Below, piece after piece: positions 63,717 through 64,000 of a DNA stretch of 64,000 bases. Position 1 is the first letter of the stretch. Every line of letters begins with the position of its first letter. Origin of the DNA: a virus (taxonomy: Duplodnaviria; Caudoviricetes); IMG/VR virus record IMGVR_UViG_3300011008_000026, positions 30,501 through 94,500 of that record; one strand, 5' to 3'. Both the position numbers and the translations under genes were made by a program. The notes under the pieces are model-generated. The model searched no databases and was not told the origin of the DNA. It worked only from the letters and a program-made list of their open reading frames with translations.

Positions 63717-64000
63717 GGCAGCAGAGGTACGTCGCGTAATGGAAAGTTAGGGTCGGTCACGGTAAGGCAGCCATGGCGGGTTATGTCTAGCCAGGGAATT
63801 GTCAGTTGGGGCAGCCTAGGATGGTAATGGCAAGGCAAGTTGGATTCTGTTGAGTCGGGTTCTGTTAAGGCAGCCGAGGATGGTTTTGTCGGGGTCCGGC
63901 AGTGTCCGTCGAGTATTGGTTTGGCAGCCGAGGTGAGTTGAGGTGAGTCTTGATCTGCATCGGTTGGGCAGCCATGGTTTGTTGAGTCCTGTTCTGACCA
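63717..64000 (+). repeat. Pentamer-periodic repeat array, candidate guide-RNA array (truncated by the window end)
   Basis: GGCAGCNNN anchors at 63717, 63766, 63810, 63869, 63923 and 63967, separated by 8, 7, 10, 9 and 7 pentamers; 43 of 46 pentamers start with G. Confidence 0.85.

Noticed and set aside
63898-63902. Extra GGCAG as a unit boundary
   Set aside because: It is followed by TGTCC rather than C-N3 and stays in pentamer phase, so it is an ordinary GGC+AG pentamer
63717-64000. Calling the terminal array a CRISPR array
   Set aside because: The constant part is only ~6-9 nt and the intervening sequence has internal 5-nt periodicity, unlike acquired spacers; no cas1/cas2 in the window
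1-64000. Integrase, lysis cassette, reverse transcriptase/DGR, DNA polymerase
   Set aside because: No recognisable motifs in this window; lifestyle and host cannot be determined from it

Overview
A 64 kb piece of a large tailed phage, probably a siphovirus of a Firmicutes/Clostridia-like host (inferred from GGAGG RBSs, sigmaA-type promoters and an SPbeta-like gene order). 1-43.3 kb, minus strand: packaging and virion module (terminase, portal, prohead protease/scaffold, capsid, head-tail genes, major tail protein, frameshifted tail chaperones, tape measure, distal tail, tail tip), with a plus-strand helicase cassette inserted. 43.9-64 kb, plus strand: early/accessory arm with a YonO/RdRP-like single-subunit RNA polymerase, RNase H, SSB, two tRNAs, MYG1, NADAR and several structured non-coding elements. 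Main observations: (1) at the right end, a stand-alone RAMP/Cas7-like gene and a partner gene are followed by a non-CRISPR array of 9-nt GGCAGCNNN anchors separated by runs of 5-nt G-N-N+NN units (spacings 49, 44, 59, 54, 44, all 9+5n), a candidate RNA-guided system. (2) The spliced ~5,700-aa tape measure protein carries an N-terminal two-barrel RNA polymerase domain (DG, QGRxxxxK, RFP, DFDGD), a candidate virion RNAP fused to the TMP. (3) Four group I introns, three in the 270-aa major tail gene and one in the TMP gene, have splice sites that can be read from the sequence. (4) A 7-copy phage-specific promoter-like motif also sits ahead of each intron-borne homing endonuclease. All family assignments come from motif recognition by eye; no database searches were run.
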